NCBI GenBank assembly: GCA_965287045.1
Contig: OZ336871.1
Span: 127,968,001 to 128,032,000, forward strand
Reading direction: 5' to 3'
Source: Carcharhinus amblyrhynchos
Taxonomy: Eukaryota
DNA length: 64,000 bases
Shown here: positions 1 through 11,859 of the stretch, one piece after another
How positions within the stretch are numbered: the first letter of the stretch is position 1
Layout of the letters: the number at the start of each line of letters is the position of its first letter
Program-made: the position numbers and the translations under genes
Notes under the pieces: model-generated
Databases searched by the model: none
Seen by the model: only the letters and a program-made list of their open reading frames with translations
What the model was told of the DNA's origin: nothing

Positions 1-747
1 CCACCTGATCAGCAGCCTGCATTAGAAAGGTGATGTACTGCTGTCTGTGAAGAGGCCACCTATCAGCTGTGAGATAGCCATATGCCCAGCAAACCAACTG
101 ATATTTAATGCCATCTGTTGTATCCCAGAGTGAGCCTGAGGCATTAAAGACATTCACATTCATAGGCAGTGCTATCCTTGCATTTGGCGCCAGTTCCTGC
201 TGCAACAGGTTATGTTGGTCAGTGACTGCCTGTCTGCTGAAGTACAGCTCCTCATTCACTGCTTCACTGTCACATGAGATAGGCCATCCTGTTGAGAAAG
301 TGTTGCATGCTGTCAGGCTGCCTTTGTCCTTTTTTAGAGCCAGTGGAGGTCTGTGCATCCATGCTTATCATTTTTTTCTGCCGTGACTCTCTGTGGTAAT
401 CTCAGCAACACTCCCCTCTGCATTGCTGAAGCTGTCCAACAGCTATTTAGCATGAAAGACTTCCCAAACTCAGCAACAGTAGCCAGAAGTGGCCTTAAAT
501 TCTCCAGCAGCCAAAAATTACAACCAGGGACTTACCTTAATGGAGGTGGGGAATCATTTATTTATCACCGCTTCGGCAAGTTTCTTGAGCGTACACACTG
601 TGTTGTTCTGGGAGGGTTTACGAATGAGAAAATCAAATTCACCTATGCACCAATTTCCTAAAGGTTTCATTTTCAAAGAGAACATTGCTGATTCGAGGTG
701 GCCACCAGTGATGTCCAAGGGAGAACATTAGTTGGAGTGTAAAGTTG

Positions 748-1073
748 AGCGGCATGGTAGCATAGTGGTTAGCACTGCTGCTTCACAGCTCTAGCGTCCT
801 GGGTTTGATTCCCAGCTTGGGTCACTGAATGTGTGGAGTTTGCACATTCTCCTCGTGTCTGTGTGGGTTTCCTCCAGGTGCTCCGGTTTCTGCCCAGAGT
901 CCAAAGATGTGCGGGTTAGGTTGATTGGCCCTGCTAAGAAATTGTCCCTTAGTGTCCAGGGATGCATAGGTTAGAGGGATTACTGGATATGATATGGGGG
1001 TAGGGCCGTGGTGGGATTGTGTTCCATGCAGACTCGAAGGGCCTGTTTCTGCACTGTAGGGTTCTATGATTCT
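748..1073 (+). mobile_element. HE1-type V-SINE (tRNA-derived), full length
   Basis: tRNA-like head with A/B boxes (TAGCATAGTGG...GGTTTGATTCC), V-domain (TGTGTGGAGTTTGCACATTCTCC...GTGGGTTTCCTCC) and tail ending CTGCACTGTAGGGTTCTATGATTCT. Confidence 0.88.
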
Positions 1074-1645
1074 AAAAGTATGAAAGAAGTCTTGCTACAA
1101 CTGTACAGGCCAATGGTGTGATTGAGAGAACTGTGTATAGTTTTGGTGGCCTTACTTAAGCAGCAGCAATCTTGTATTGGATGTGGCTCAGAAAAGGCAC
1201 ATTGAGCTTATTCCTGGGATGCAGGATGAGCAGTCTGGGCCTACACTCATTGGCGTTTAGAAAAATTAGAAGTGATCTTATTGGAAGATATAGGATTCTG
1301 AGGGGGCTTGACAAGGTAGGTGCGTGGAGGATATTTCTCCTTATGGGAAATCTACAATTTGGGGACACAATTTAAAAAATGGGGTCTCATATATGATATA
1401 AATGAGGATGAATTTCTTCTCCTAGAGTGTCATTAGTGTTTGTTGTTCTCTTCCCCCAGTGAGCTGAGCAGTTATGTCATTGAATATATTCAAGGCTGAG
1501 TTAGACAGATTTTTGATTGATGAGGATGTGAAGGGTTATGGGGAACTGGCAAGAAAATGGAATTAAGGCAACATCAGATTAGCCATGATCTTATTGACTG
1601 GTGGTGCAAGCTCAAGGGGACAAATGGTCTACTCCTGCTCTGATT
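1074..1645 (+). mobile_element. Old CR1 LINE 3' fragment
   Basis: Degraded ORF2 C-terminus (LLQLY...LV, LGLHSLAFRKIRSDLI) plus a 3' UTR ending CTACTCCTGCTC. Confidence 0.8.
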
Positions 1646-2415
1646 TCGTACAGAAGGCTCTGTGTCTCACTACGAGGGACATTTGTAATAAGGTGGATGA
1701 ACTAACTGCACGGACAGTCATTGACAGATATGGTATAATTGGGATCACAGAGACCTCACTCCAGGGTGACCAAGAGTGGGGACTCAACATCCAGGGGTGT
1801 TCAATATTCAGTAAAGATAGATAGAAAGGAAAGTTGTGGGGGGGGGGGGAGGTGTTGGTGGGGTAGCATTGCTGGTTAGAGGCAATTAACACAATAGTAA
1901 GTAAGGACATTAGCCTGGTCAATGTGGAATCTTCATGGGTGGAACTGTGGAACATCAAAGGACAAATAACGCTATTGGGAGTGTGCGCAGACTACCAAAC
2001 AGTAGTAGAGGTTGGGGTTGGATCAAGCAGGAAATTAGAGATGCATGCTTTAAGGGTAGAGCATTTATTATGCGTGACTTCAATCTACAAATTGATTGGG
2101 CTCACCAGGAATATACAAGGGATGGTTTCCTTGACCAAAATGTTGAGGAACCAACTTGAGAGCAGGCCATCCTAGATAGGGTATTCTGTAATGAGAACGG
2201 ATTAATTAGCAACCTTGTAGTGCGAGACCCTTTGGGGAAGAGTGACCATAATATGATAGAATTTTTCATTAAGATGAAGAATTAGCTGAGACTAAGGTCC
2301 TGAACTTAAGGTAAGCTAACTCTGATGGTATGAGATGTGCGTTGGCTTGGATAAGCTGCCAAAGGATACTTAAGGGATTGACAGTGGATAGGCAATTTAA
2401 AGGCATTAAAGACAT

Positions 2416-2769
2416 GGGCGGCACGGTAGCACAGTGGTTTGGGTGGCACGGTAGCACAGTGGTTAACACTGCTGCTTCACAGCTCCAGGGACCTTGGTTT
2501 GATTCCCAACTCAGGTCACTGTCTGTGTGGAGTTTGCACATTCTCCTCGTGTCTGTGTGGGTTTCCTCTGGGTGCTCCAGTTTCCTCCTACAGTCCAATG
2601 ATGTGCGGGTTAGGTTGATTGGCCATGCTAAAGTTGCCTCTTAGTATCCTGGGATGCATAGGTTAGCGGGATTAGCGGGTAAATATGCAGGGATATGGGG
2701 TAGGGCCTGGGTGGGATTGCAGACTCGATGGGCCAAAGGGCTTCTTTCTGCACTGTAGGATTCTATGAC
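2416..2769 (+). mobile_element. HE1 V-SINE with a duplicated 5' end, inserted in CR1
   Basis: GGCACGGTAGCACAGTGGTT occurs twice in tandem, followed by the normal HE1 body and tail. Confidence 0.9.
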
Positions 2770-4049
2770 ACTTAAAAAAACGTATGGATGAACTTCAGCA
2801 ACTGTACATCCCTGTATGGCATAGAAGTAAAATGGGGAATGTGGCTCAATCATGGCTAACAAGGGAAATCAGGGATAATGTTCAAGCCAAAGAGAAGGCA
2901 TATAAATTGGCCAAAAAAAAAGCAAACCTGAGCACTGGGAGAAATTTACAATCCAGCAGAGGAGGACAAAGGGTTTAATTCAGAAATAGAAAATAGAATA
3001 TGAGAGTAAGCTTGCAGAAAACATAATAACTAACTGCAAAAGCTTCTACAGATATGTGAAGAAAACAAATGTAGGTTCCTTACAATTAGAATCAGGTGAA
3101 TTCATAATGGGCAACAAAAAGATAGCAGACCACCTGAACAAATACTTTACATCTGTCTTCACTAAGGAGGACACAAATAATCTTCCAGAAATACTAGTGA
3201 TCAGAGGGTCTAGCATGAAGGGCGAACTGAAGGAAATCCTCATTAGTCAAGAAATTGTATTCAGGAAATTGCTGGGATTAAAACGCGAGAAGTCCCCAGG
3301 GCCCGATGCTCTGCCTTCCTGAGTAAGGAAGTGGCCTTAGAAATAGTGGATGCATTGATGATCATTTTCTAGCATTCTATAGACTCTAGAAGAGCTTCAA
3401 TGGATTGGAGGGTAGCTAATGTAACCCCACTTTTTAAAAGAGGGAGATAGAAAACGGGGAATTACAGACCAGTTAGCCTGACATTGGTGGTGGGGAAAAT
3501 GGTGAAGTCAATTATTAAGGATATAGTAACTGAACATTTCGAAAGCGGTGACAGGATTGGCCCAAGTCAGTAATGGATTCACTAAAGGGAAATTGTGCTT
3601 GACAAATATTCTGGAATTTTTTGAGGATATGACCAGTAGAGTGGACAAGGGTGAACCAGTGGATGTTGTGTATCTGGACTTCCAAAAAGTTTTTGACAAG
3701 GTCCCACACAAGCGATTGGTGAGCAAAATTAAAATTCATGGTGTTGGGGATAATGTATTCACATGGATAGACAACTGGTCGGCAGACAGAAAGCAGAGAG
3801 TGGGAATAAATGGGTCCTTTTCAGAGTAGTAGGCAGTGATTAGTGGGGCACCATAGGGTTAACTGCTTGGGCCCCAGCTATTCACAATATACATTCATGA
3901 TTTGGGTGAAGAAATTGAATACAATATCTCCAAATTTGCAGACAACACTAAGCTGGGTGGCAGTGTGTGCTGTGAGGAGGATGCCAAGAGGCTGCAAGAT
4001 GAACTGGACAGGCTGGCTGAGTGGGCAAATAATTGGCAAATGCATTATA

Positions 4050-4176
4050 AGGTGGAATTCTACCGGCTTGTCTGCCTGAAATTTGTATGATCCCGCCAGA
4101 GGCCAACGGAGAATGCCATTCTCTGAGCCTCATCCACTCCCGGAGTCGGGGCAGACGTGCTGGTAAAATTCCGGCC
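4050..4176. mobile_element. Small MITE, PIF/Harbinger-like
   Basis: Imperfect TIRs AGGTGGAATTCTACCGGC / GCTGGTAAAATTCCGGCC with internal complementarity (TGTCTGCC/GGCAGACG). It interrupts the CR1 RT region and has a 3-bp TSD, ATA/ACA. Confidence 0.7.
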
Positions 4177-5234
4177 ACAATGTGAATAAATGTGAGGTTA
4201 TCCATTTTGGTGACAAAAATGGGAAGGGAGGTTGTTAACTGGATGACGGAAGTTTAGGGAAAGAGGAAATGCAACATGGCCTGGGTGTCATGGTGGAATA
4301 GTCGCTGAAGGTTGGCATGCAGGTACATAGGCAGTGAAGAAAGCTAATGGAATGCTGGCCTTCATAGCAAGAGGATTTGAGTATAGGAGTAAGGATGTCT
4401 TGCTGCAGTTATACAGAGCCTTGGTGAGGCCACACGTTGAGTATTGTGTGCAGTTTTGGTCTCCTAGTCTGAGGAAGGTCATTCTTGCTATTGAGGGAGT
4501 TCACTGAAGGTTCACCAGACCGATTCCCAGAATTTCAGGACTGACATATGAAGAGAGACTGGATCGATTGGGTTTGTATTCACTGATATTTAGAAGAATG
4601 AGAGGGGATCTCATAGAAACATGTAAAATCCTGATGGGACTGGACAAGCTAAACATGGGAAAAATGTTCCCAATTTTGGGGAAGTCCAGAATTGGGGTTC
4701 ACAGTCCAAGAATAAGAGGTAAGCCATTCAGGCTTACTCACTCACTCAGAGATTTGTGAACCCGTGAAATTCTCTACCACAGAAAGCTGTGGGGGGCATT
4801 CGTTAGATATGTTCAAGAGGGAACTGGACGTGGCCCTTGTGGCTAACGGGATTAAGGAGTATGGCGAGAAAGCAGGAATGGGATAAAGTGCATCATCAGC
4901 CATGATCATATTGAATGGTGGTACAAGCTCGAAGGGCTGAATGGCCTACTTCTGCACCTATTTTCTATGTTTCAAGTTCTTATGTTAACATTAGTTAATG
5001 TGGTGGCACCCACATTCTGGCCGCATTTCTGGTAATGGGATGTCCTTGCTGTGAAATTGGCAAGTAAAATATTGATTTTGCATGTGAAAACTGGGTAAAA
5101 GCAATATTTTGTTATCCTACAGATTCCCTGGAATTTCACACAGTCATATTATTTCCCATCCACATTGTCTTCTCATTCCTGTGGCTATCTTTCTGAGGCA
5201 CATTGTTTTTTGTTGTCTTCTCACACACATCAGA

Positions 5235-5430
5235 TGGCACAGTGGTTTGCTCTGCTGCCTCACGGTGCCTGGGATCTGGATTCCTTCTCCGGCTTGGGCC
5301 ACTGTCTGTGCAGAGTTAGTACTCACCTGATGATGGAGCAGCGCTCTGAAAGCTCGTGATTCCAAATAAACCTGTTGGACTTTAAGCTTGTGTGCCCACC
5401 CCAGTTCAAGGCTGGTATCTTTACATCATG
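5235..5430 (+). mobile_element. HE1 5' head joined to a Penelope-like terminal repeat containing a hammerhead motif
   Basis: 5235-5315 is a degenerate HE1 head. 5323-5359 reads TCAC-CTGATGA-T-GGAG..CTCT-GAAA-GCTC-GTGA, then AAATAAACCTGTTGGACTTTAA as in the 41 kb and 44 kb elements. Confidence 0.65.
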
Positions 5431-6879
5431 ACTAATATAAACAAAATCCTATTTTGTTTTTTAACATTGCATTTTCTTGCTGTACCTTTCTTCATAGTCT
5501 TTATTGCTTAGTTTTATTCTGAACAGGCAATTTGCATCTTTGTCTCTCCATCAATACTCCATTCTCTTTTTCAGACGTAATGTTTCTCTTTGTCTCATAC
5601 AAATACTTTGCATATTTCCCTAGATCTTATTGTGCACGCCTCGCAGATTGTTTTCCCTTTGTTCCTGGTATGCTGCATCTTTTTCTAAGATGCATTGTTT
5701 CTCTCCCACGGTGATGATTGTTTCTCGCTGACTTGTCTCTTTTCAGATATAGTTTTTTCTGTCGAATGCAGGTGCATTATATTTCTCCGTCACCTTGTTT
5801 CTGTATTACAGATACGGTATCCTTATCAGAAATAGGTTGCAATTTTCTCTATCCAAATTGTTTCTTCCGGGTTTGTCTTTGTCTCAGAACATATTCCACA
5901 TTTGTCCCTTGCATATATGTATATATGTATATTTCACATTAAAATTACTTGTGCGATACTAATGAGCGAAGACGACACATTTCGTTGAAGTTCTCTCTCT
6001 AGGCGTAGAGGCTGATTCAATTTACTTAAAGATGATGGATTAACACCTCTGCTAAAATAATTGAGCGAATGCTTGGGTACACTTGTAATTCCAGAGCCAC
6101 TGTACCTTTCTTTGTCTCAGATGTATTGTACCTTTCTCTCTCTCGGCACGCACAATATCTGTTTCTCTCCCACACAGTTCTTACTCTTAAGACCTATTTC
6201 CCCTTCACAATTCTCCATCTACTTCCCCTCTTGTTTTTTGCACGACGAGTCTTTCTGTCTCAGCCACTTTACCCTCGCGCGCGCGATCGGCACATTTTAT
6301 TTATCTCACACACAAAGGGATTTTCTTCCGGATACTGTTCAAGACACATTGTGTCCTTTTTCTTTCCTCCAATTCTATCTTTCCCTCACAGGATACATTG
6401 TATCATTCTCTCGCTGAGATGTATCATTCTGGCAGGCTGATAAATGGTATCACTCTCACACAGATACATTGTATCATTGTCTCGGGCCGATACATTGTAT
6501 CTCTCTCTCACTCCCGCACACACAGATACAGAATATGTTTTTTCCCACCTCTCTCGGACATGTTTCTTTATGCCTTACATTATATTTTCTGCCTCTCTCA
6601 GTCCCTCCTCCTCCTCCTCCTCACCTTTTGCTCGCTCCCTCTAGTGGTTGTCCTGGCGGGCTCGCTCCCTGCGCGAGACCACCACCCCCCTCCTTCCGCA
6701 AGCCCGCCAAACCCTCCAGCGCGCGCGTGCGCGCCGTGCTGTGCTCTCCTGGAGCGCGCGCCTCTGTGCTCACTGTCTCCCCCTCCCCTCTCCTCTCTCT
6801 CTCTCTCTCTCTTCCTCCCCCCCCCCACCTCCCCTCCCTCCCTCTCCTACACACAGACAGAGCACACACACACGCAGAC

Positions 6880-6894
6880 ATGGCGCTGGTGTGA
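6880..6894 (+). promoter_or_regulatory. Candidate uORF1 (MALV*) in strong Kozak context; overlaps a YY1-like ACATGGCG motif
   Basis: gacATGGcgctggtgTGA, 131 nt upstream of the DIP2C ATG. It is a uORF only if the TSS lies upstream. Confidence 0.45.
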
Positions 6895-6932
6895 AGCGGT
6901 GGAGATTCCCTCCCTCCCTCCTGTACAATATC

Positions 6933-6965
6933 ATGCATCTCCTTTACCTCTGTGCAAAGTGCTGA
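6933..6965 (+). promoter_or_regulatory. Candidate uORF2 (MHLLYLCAKC*)
   Basis: ATG at 6933, TGA ending at 6965, 45 nt before the main ATG. Confidence 0.45.
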
Positions 6966-7010
6966 AGTGTTGGCCTCCTCATTTTGGACACAAAGAGGGA
7001 GAGAGAGAGA

Positions 7011-7095
7011 ATGGCGGACCGCAGCATTGATAGTCTAGCTCTTCCTCTCGAGGTGAGGGCGAAGCTAGCCGAGCTGGATTTGGAATTATCCGAAG
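7011..7095 (+). CDS. DIP2C: First coding exon of disco-interacting protein 2 homolog C (start of the DMAP1-binding domain); intron 1 starts at 7096 and runs past the window end
   Basis: ATG at 7011 gives MADRSIDSLALPLEVRAKLAELDLELSE+G, very close to the vertebrate DIP2C N-terminus as I recall it (MADRSLEGMALPLEVRARLAELELELSEG). It is followed by the donor GAAG|GTAAAA (85 nt, phase 1) and lies directly downstream of a CpG island. Confidence 0.93.
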
Positions 7096-8088
7096 GTAAA
7101 AAGCGGATTTTTTTTTCTCCCTTTCTCTCTCTCTCTTTCCTCCTCCTCTCTCTCTCTCTCTTCCCATTCGTTTCATGGGTTTCTCTCCTCTTCTATATCC
7201 CGTACTTTCCCTCTTTATCTTTTTTGTTAAATCAATGCCCGGACCTTGGCTTTGATTTTTTTTTGGTTGTTGTGATTTGATTGCAATGTATTAATGATAC
7301 AGCGTTGCCTTTCAGCTGACACTTCATTTAGCGGTGAAACCGAAGGAGGTGGAAAAATGATATTAGGGCTGGGTTTTTTTTTTGCTCGGTTAACGGTTCT
7401 ACAAGCAAGGCTTCTTTGATATGTTGTTGTTGGAGCTATTATTTCATTCTCCTTCCGATTTGGAATGGAAAGGGCAAGGCCAGATTGATATCTTTGTGTG
7501 TGAAGAATATGTGACCGTGGCGTTAATTCATATTCTCTACACCCCCCCCCCCCACGGTGTGAAATATTTGTAACGATTTATGGACCATCCCAATGTATTT
7601 GCTAAACTTGAGGTTGCAGCATTTCAACAAAAAAAATCATTGAAGTGAAGAGCCGTGTTAATCAAGTGTGTGTACATGTTGTGTAATATATAACAAACAG
7701 ATGTTCGGTTTAGCAATAGATCTCGACAGTGTACTGATGGGCGACTGTATAATTTGAATGTAAAGGCAGGAAGACGGCGTACTCCAGCACTTAAATCTTT
7801 GACATGATGGAAAGAGCTGAGAGTAGTGGGGAAATAACTCGTGTGCCTTAAGGTCGATGTGGCTGGCGTTGTGTGGGATTTGATGTTGCCATTTGCACTG
7901 CCAGTTTGTAACACCGACGTGTGCTGCAAATAATAAGTTTTAGATTTCCCAAATTTAAAAACAGAGGTGGCCAAAAAGAAAAATCCTCTTTCTCCTTTTT
8001 GTAGTCTTCCTTTCCTGCTCATACTTGTGTCTGTCTGTCTGGCTGGGTTTATGCGTAACGTAACGCTCGTTTTATCCCCTAGCCTGGG

Positions 8089-8121
<33 letters not shown>

Positions 8122-11100
8122 ACCGTTTCTCCCTCTTGAAGATAATTTGGTCGTGATTAAATGTCTTCTAGTTTAAAATCGACGAGTGTAGGAGTGTGGA
8201 GCTCATTAATGCGTGTGATACTTGTAGATTTTTGGCTATCTCTCTCTTCTCTATTCCTTTTTTTTTACAAGTGCTGGCTTCGAGATAGGCAATCCACTGG
8301 CTGCCAGTTCACATCTTTTTAGGCACATATTTACCACCGGGTCTCTCCCCTAACAGCTTTGTGCTTTATCCGAAAACTGGAATTAATAGAAGCCAGCAGT
8401 TTGACAGCAGAGGGGATTTGCCAGTTGGTTTAAAAAAAAAGGGTCAAACTAACGGCTTCGCCCGTCAATTTAACCCTATGCGTGTCGGTTCTTTTCCCGA
8501 TGAAGACAGATGTGCATCCTTCATTCGGGTACGGTCACGCATTCAAATTCTACTCAACCCTCGGAGGGAAACTAATCGGTTTTAACTTTTTTATATATAT
8601 ATCTAAACATATATACACGATTCGTTTGATGTGGCTTCCTTTTAGTTTGGTTCTGAGATCTGTGGTCCAGGAGTGCCATTCCAAGCCTTTGGGGCAGGGA
8701 CTGTGTGTGAACCGCACCGGATGTTTTTTTTTGGGGGGGGGGCGGTGTTTGAAATCTGATACTTTTAACGGCGTGTGGTTCAAATCCAGGTGTGACATTG
8801 TTGATCGCTTCTTCAGTCGTTCCCTTTTTGTCCACATTCTGGTGTGAACGTGTGTGTGTTGTGTGCGCGCTGTGGCTATGTGTGTGTCACTCTGGGCAAA
8901 CTTTGACACTAAGTGTTTGGGAAGCAGCAAGTTTGCTGCGAAACCCTTTTATGGACTGAGCGGTTTTTTTGACATTGTGTGTTGGTTGGACCAGCCCCCA
9001 GAAGAAGTTGAAATGCTTAACGGTTGGACTGGGCGCAAGTAGGAAGTGAAGGAGTACCCAGATGCTGTATTCTGTGTGTGTGTAAACACATGACATGTAG
9101 CCGTTATTAATGACGTTTATTCCACAGTCTGATTAGCTGGCAGTTTTGAAATAGTCCATATGTGACCTCCACGCTTCGTTTTCCCCCTGACTTGCCGGAA
9201 CACACTTAGAATTTTATAACAGCCGATCTCACGGCGGTTTCCGATTGCTGGAGTTTCGAGTAAAAACCTAGCTAGTGATTTCACAGCCCCCCCCCCCCCC
9301 CCACCACACTCAGATTTTATTTTTGCTCACCAAAGTTGTGTTCGTGCAAATATCCGTTTGAAAAGAATTATCCCGCCATAAATCGCCCCTCCAAAATATG
9401 CCGCACGGTGGTTTGCACTGTCTCTTGTGTCAGATTCAATGTGGCTGTTCCCACTTGTGTGGTGGTGGGGGGGGAGAAATAAAGAATCTGGTGATGAGAG
9501 ATTGATTGGGGCAAGCAGGCTTACCTGCAAATAGAAATAATCATTGTGATTGAGCGGATGGGGGCAAGTCGAGCTGCTGTTCTTTATTCAAGGATAGAGA
9601 GATTATCCAAATGAGTGGTTTTGAGGTGTGTTGATGCTGCCAGTTTCCGCATTAAGTGCGCAGGTGAGTTCATCCCAACCGTACTTTGGACGTGGGGAAC
9701 ACACCTGACTGACTGACTTGCTGGACCAGTTTTGCTTTGTTTTGACGCGACACTGCCTTGTAAAGTGCTCGGGTTGGCCACTGGATCCCATAGATACTTT
9801 GCAAACCTAGCCAACCTTGAAATTTCTTCTCCTCCTCCTCCTCCTCCTGCAGAATTCTGACTTTTTTTCAGGAGGCACTTCTCCCTGACTTCTCTCTCAA
9901 ACAGGAGTTTTAAAAAAGCAACCCAGGCCAGAGGTAAGCAATGTAAACCAGGTTCTAAGTGGCCTGATTGTGTTTTTCACACCCTTCCCTCAGATGTGAA
10001 ATGCCACCCTGATGTCTCAGTCTTGGTTTGAGCAGGTGTATTCAAGTACACAAACCATTAGTGCTGCCTTTCCTGTGTTCTTCTGTCTCTTCCACAAATG
10101 TTCCAATCGTAATAAATGAATACTATAAACCACGTCACAACAGATAGGTGGTTTGATGGCTGGCACATACATTAAGGGCCGCTTCTTGTGCTGTAAAACC
10201 TGATGTCGACAAGCAGTTTTCATGAAAAAAGATGGATTGCATTTTAATAAATAATGCCTGGAAACCAATAGTGCTTGGGATTTCCATCCAAATAGTTAGC
10301 AAAATGCCAAGAACATATACATTAATAATGCTGCACCAGTCTTGTGTGTATGGTACTGTGGTTACCTCGGGCTGTATTGGGGCCCAAATTTTTTTGGCTT
10401 TCAAGGGTAGCGGTCGCGATTTGATGGAGATGCAAATGCCTCTTTTAATCAGCTACTTGATAGAAACTGGGGAGAAACGGATGGAGTTAAAAGGGATAGC
10501 AACACAAAAATGCTGCATTCGAGTGAATTCAGTGGATTTGTGATCATTGGAGAGTGTTGCATGTGCCTAAGTTGTGACCAGTACAGAAAAGGATAGTTCC
10601 CAGATTCATGTATCAATGGGCTTATTGTTTCAGCAGAACAATTGATACCAGAATGATTGATTATTGTCAAAATTAGAAGGTCTTAGCAAAATAATATCAA
10701 ATGAAAATCCTACTTTGTTTCCATGATTAGTTGTAAATGTACGTACTTTTAAACTTGAGGGGAATCCAGGGAGAGGACTTAAATGGGCACTGCCCACCTT
10801 GCAATGTACTTTCTTCTTTTTTTAAAGAAAGTTTATACATTTGCTAGCACTGCTTCTACAACAGCTGAATACCGATTTGATCTTGTGAATGCAAAAGCAT
10901 CTTGCTTGTCATCTTGTGTTAAATGTTTAATGTATTCCGCCAGTGAGCTTCAATGGAAAGCATAGGAAATTGCACTGAATTGTGGAGTCCCTGTTCTGTG
11001 GTTCCTTTTGCAGTGTCATTTTAATGTTTCAGATTTGTTGATTTCTCATGCTTTGTTGATAGACAATGTATGGATCATTCACAGAAACTGTGTAGTAAAA

Positions 11101-11419
11101 ACAGAAAGCTATTCTTTCCCTTGTCCTTTTGAATGGACCTCTGATAAAACAGTAGCTTATTTTAAAATTGTACTTTATTGTTTTAACTAACATGGATATT
11201 TTCATTTAGATCAATTAAAAACACCAACCAGTTCTTGTTAGTAAGTTGAATTCAGCAGCTAAGTAGTGTAAAATAAAAATATATAAACACGGATATAAAT
11301 GAAACAGGTCTATTGTTTAAAAAGCTCACTGAAGTGAAATCCTAAACAGCTTTCAGTAAAGAAGTTGTAATTGGATACCTTGTTTTTTTTAAAAAATCTA
11401 CTTTCTCTTGTTTATCGAA

Positions 11420-11820
11420 GAAAGAACTTCCACTTACTTAGTGCCTATTGCAACCTCAGGATGTCCCAAAGCATTTTACAGCCGATAAAATGTTCTTCGA
11501 AGCGCTGACCATATTTTAGTACAGGAAATGGAACAGCCAGTTTAAGCACAGCAAGCTTTCACAAACAATAAAATAATCTATTCAAGCAATGATGGTTAAA
11601 GGAAAATTGTTGGCTTGAGCTCTTCTGAACCTTTCATGAGATTAACCCTAGAGGCTGGCCGATGACTCCGTTTAATGTCTCATCCAAAAGATGGCATCTC
11701 CAATAGCACAGCACGCCCTCAGTTGTTGCGCTGATGTGTCAGCCTAGATAATGGGCTGCATTCTTTGGAATGGAGATTGAAACCACAAATTTTCTGACTG
11801 GGCCACTGTGTTCTGAATTG
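11420..11820 (-). mobile_element. Deu-domain SINE (SacSINE1/AmnSINE-like), degraded
   Basis: The reverse strand reads GGAGATGCCATCTTTTGGATGAGACATTAAACGG (Deu core), followed by an L2-like tail. Confidence 0.6.
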
Positions 11821-11859
11821 ATACAGAGACTGGTATGTACTTTTCCAAAAAGACTTTTA

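Larger units (their letters stand above)
1660..4987 (+). mobile_element. Long degraded CR1 LINE ORF2 (endonuclease + RT) with 3' UTR, interrupted by an HE1 SINE and a MITE
   Basis: Fragments IIGITET, DFN, SDH (APE endonuclease); KSPGPD, CLTNILEFF, YLDFQKVFDKVPH, ISKFADNTKL (RT); many stops and frameshifts. Confidence 0.92.
6230..7010 (+). promoter_or_regulatory. CpG-island promoter and 5' UTR of DIP2C
   Basis: Local enrichment of CpG and GCGCGC runs (6276-6290, 6719-6761) with C-rich, (CT)n and (GA)n tracts, in an otherwise CpG-poor window, immediately 5' of the first coding exon. The exact TSS cannot be seen. Confidence 0.75.

Noticed and set aside
748-830. tRNA genes at SINE heads (here and at other HE1 copies)
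   Set aside because: The A/B boxes run directly into SINE bodies, so these are tRNA-derived heads, not tRNA genes.
6340-6505. CRISPR-like array of palindromic repeats with spacers
   Set aside because: Vertebrate DNA, 13-bp repeats with irregular low-complexity spacers, and no cas genes.
6398-7030. 210-aa and overlapping Pro/Ser/Leu-rich ORFs
   Set aside because: Products of low-complexity GC/CT-rich promoter sequence with no recognisable domain.
6984-7280. 98-aa ORF as a complete gene
   Set aside because: Only 7011-7095 resembles DIP2C; the remainder is read-through into a pyrimidine-rich intron after a canonical donor.
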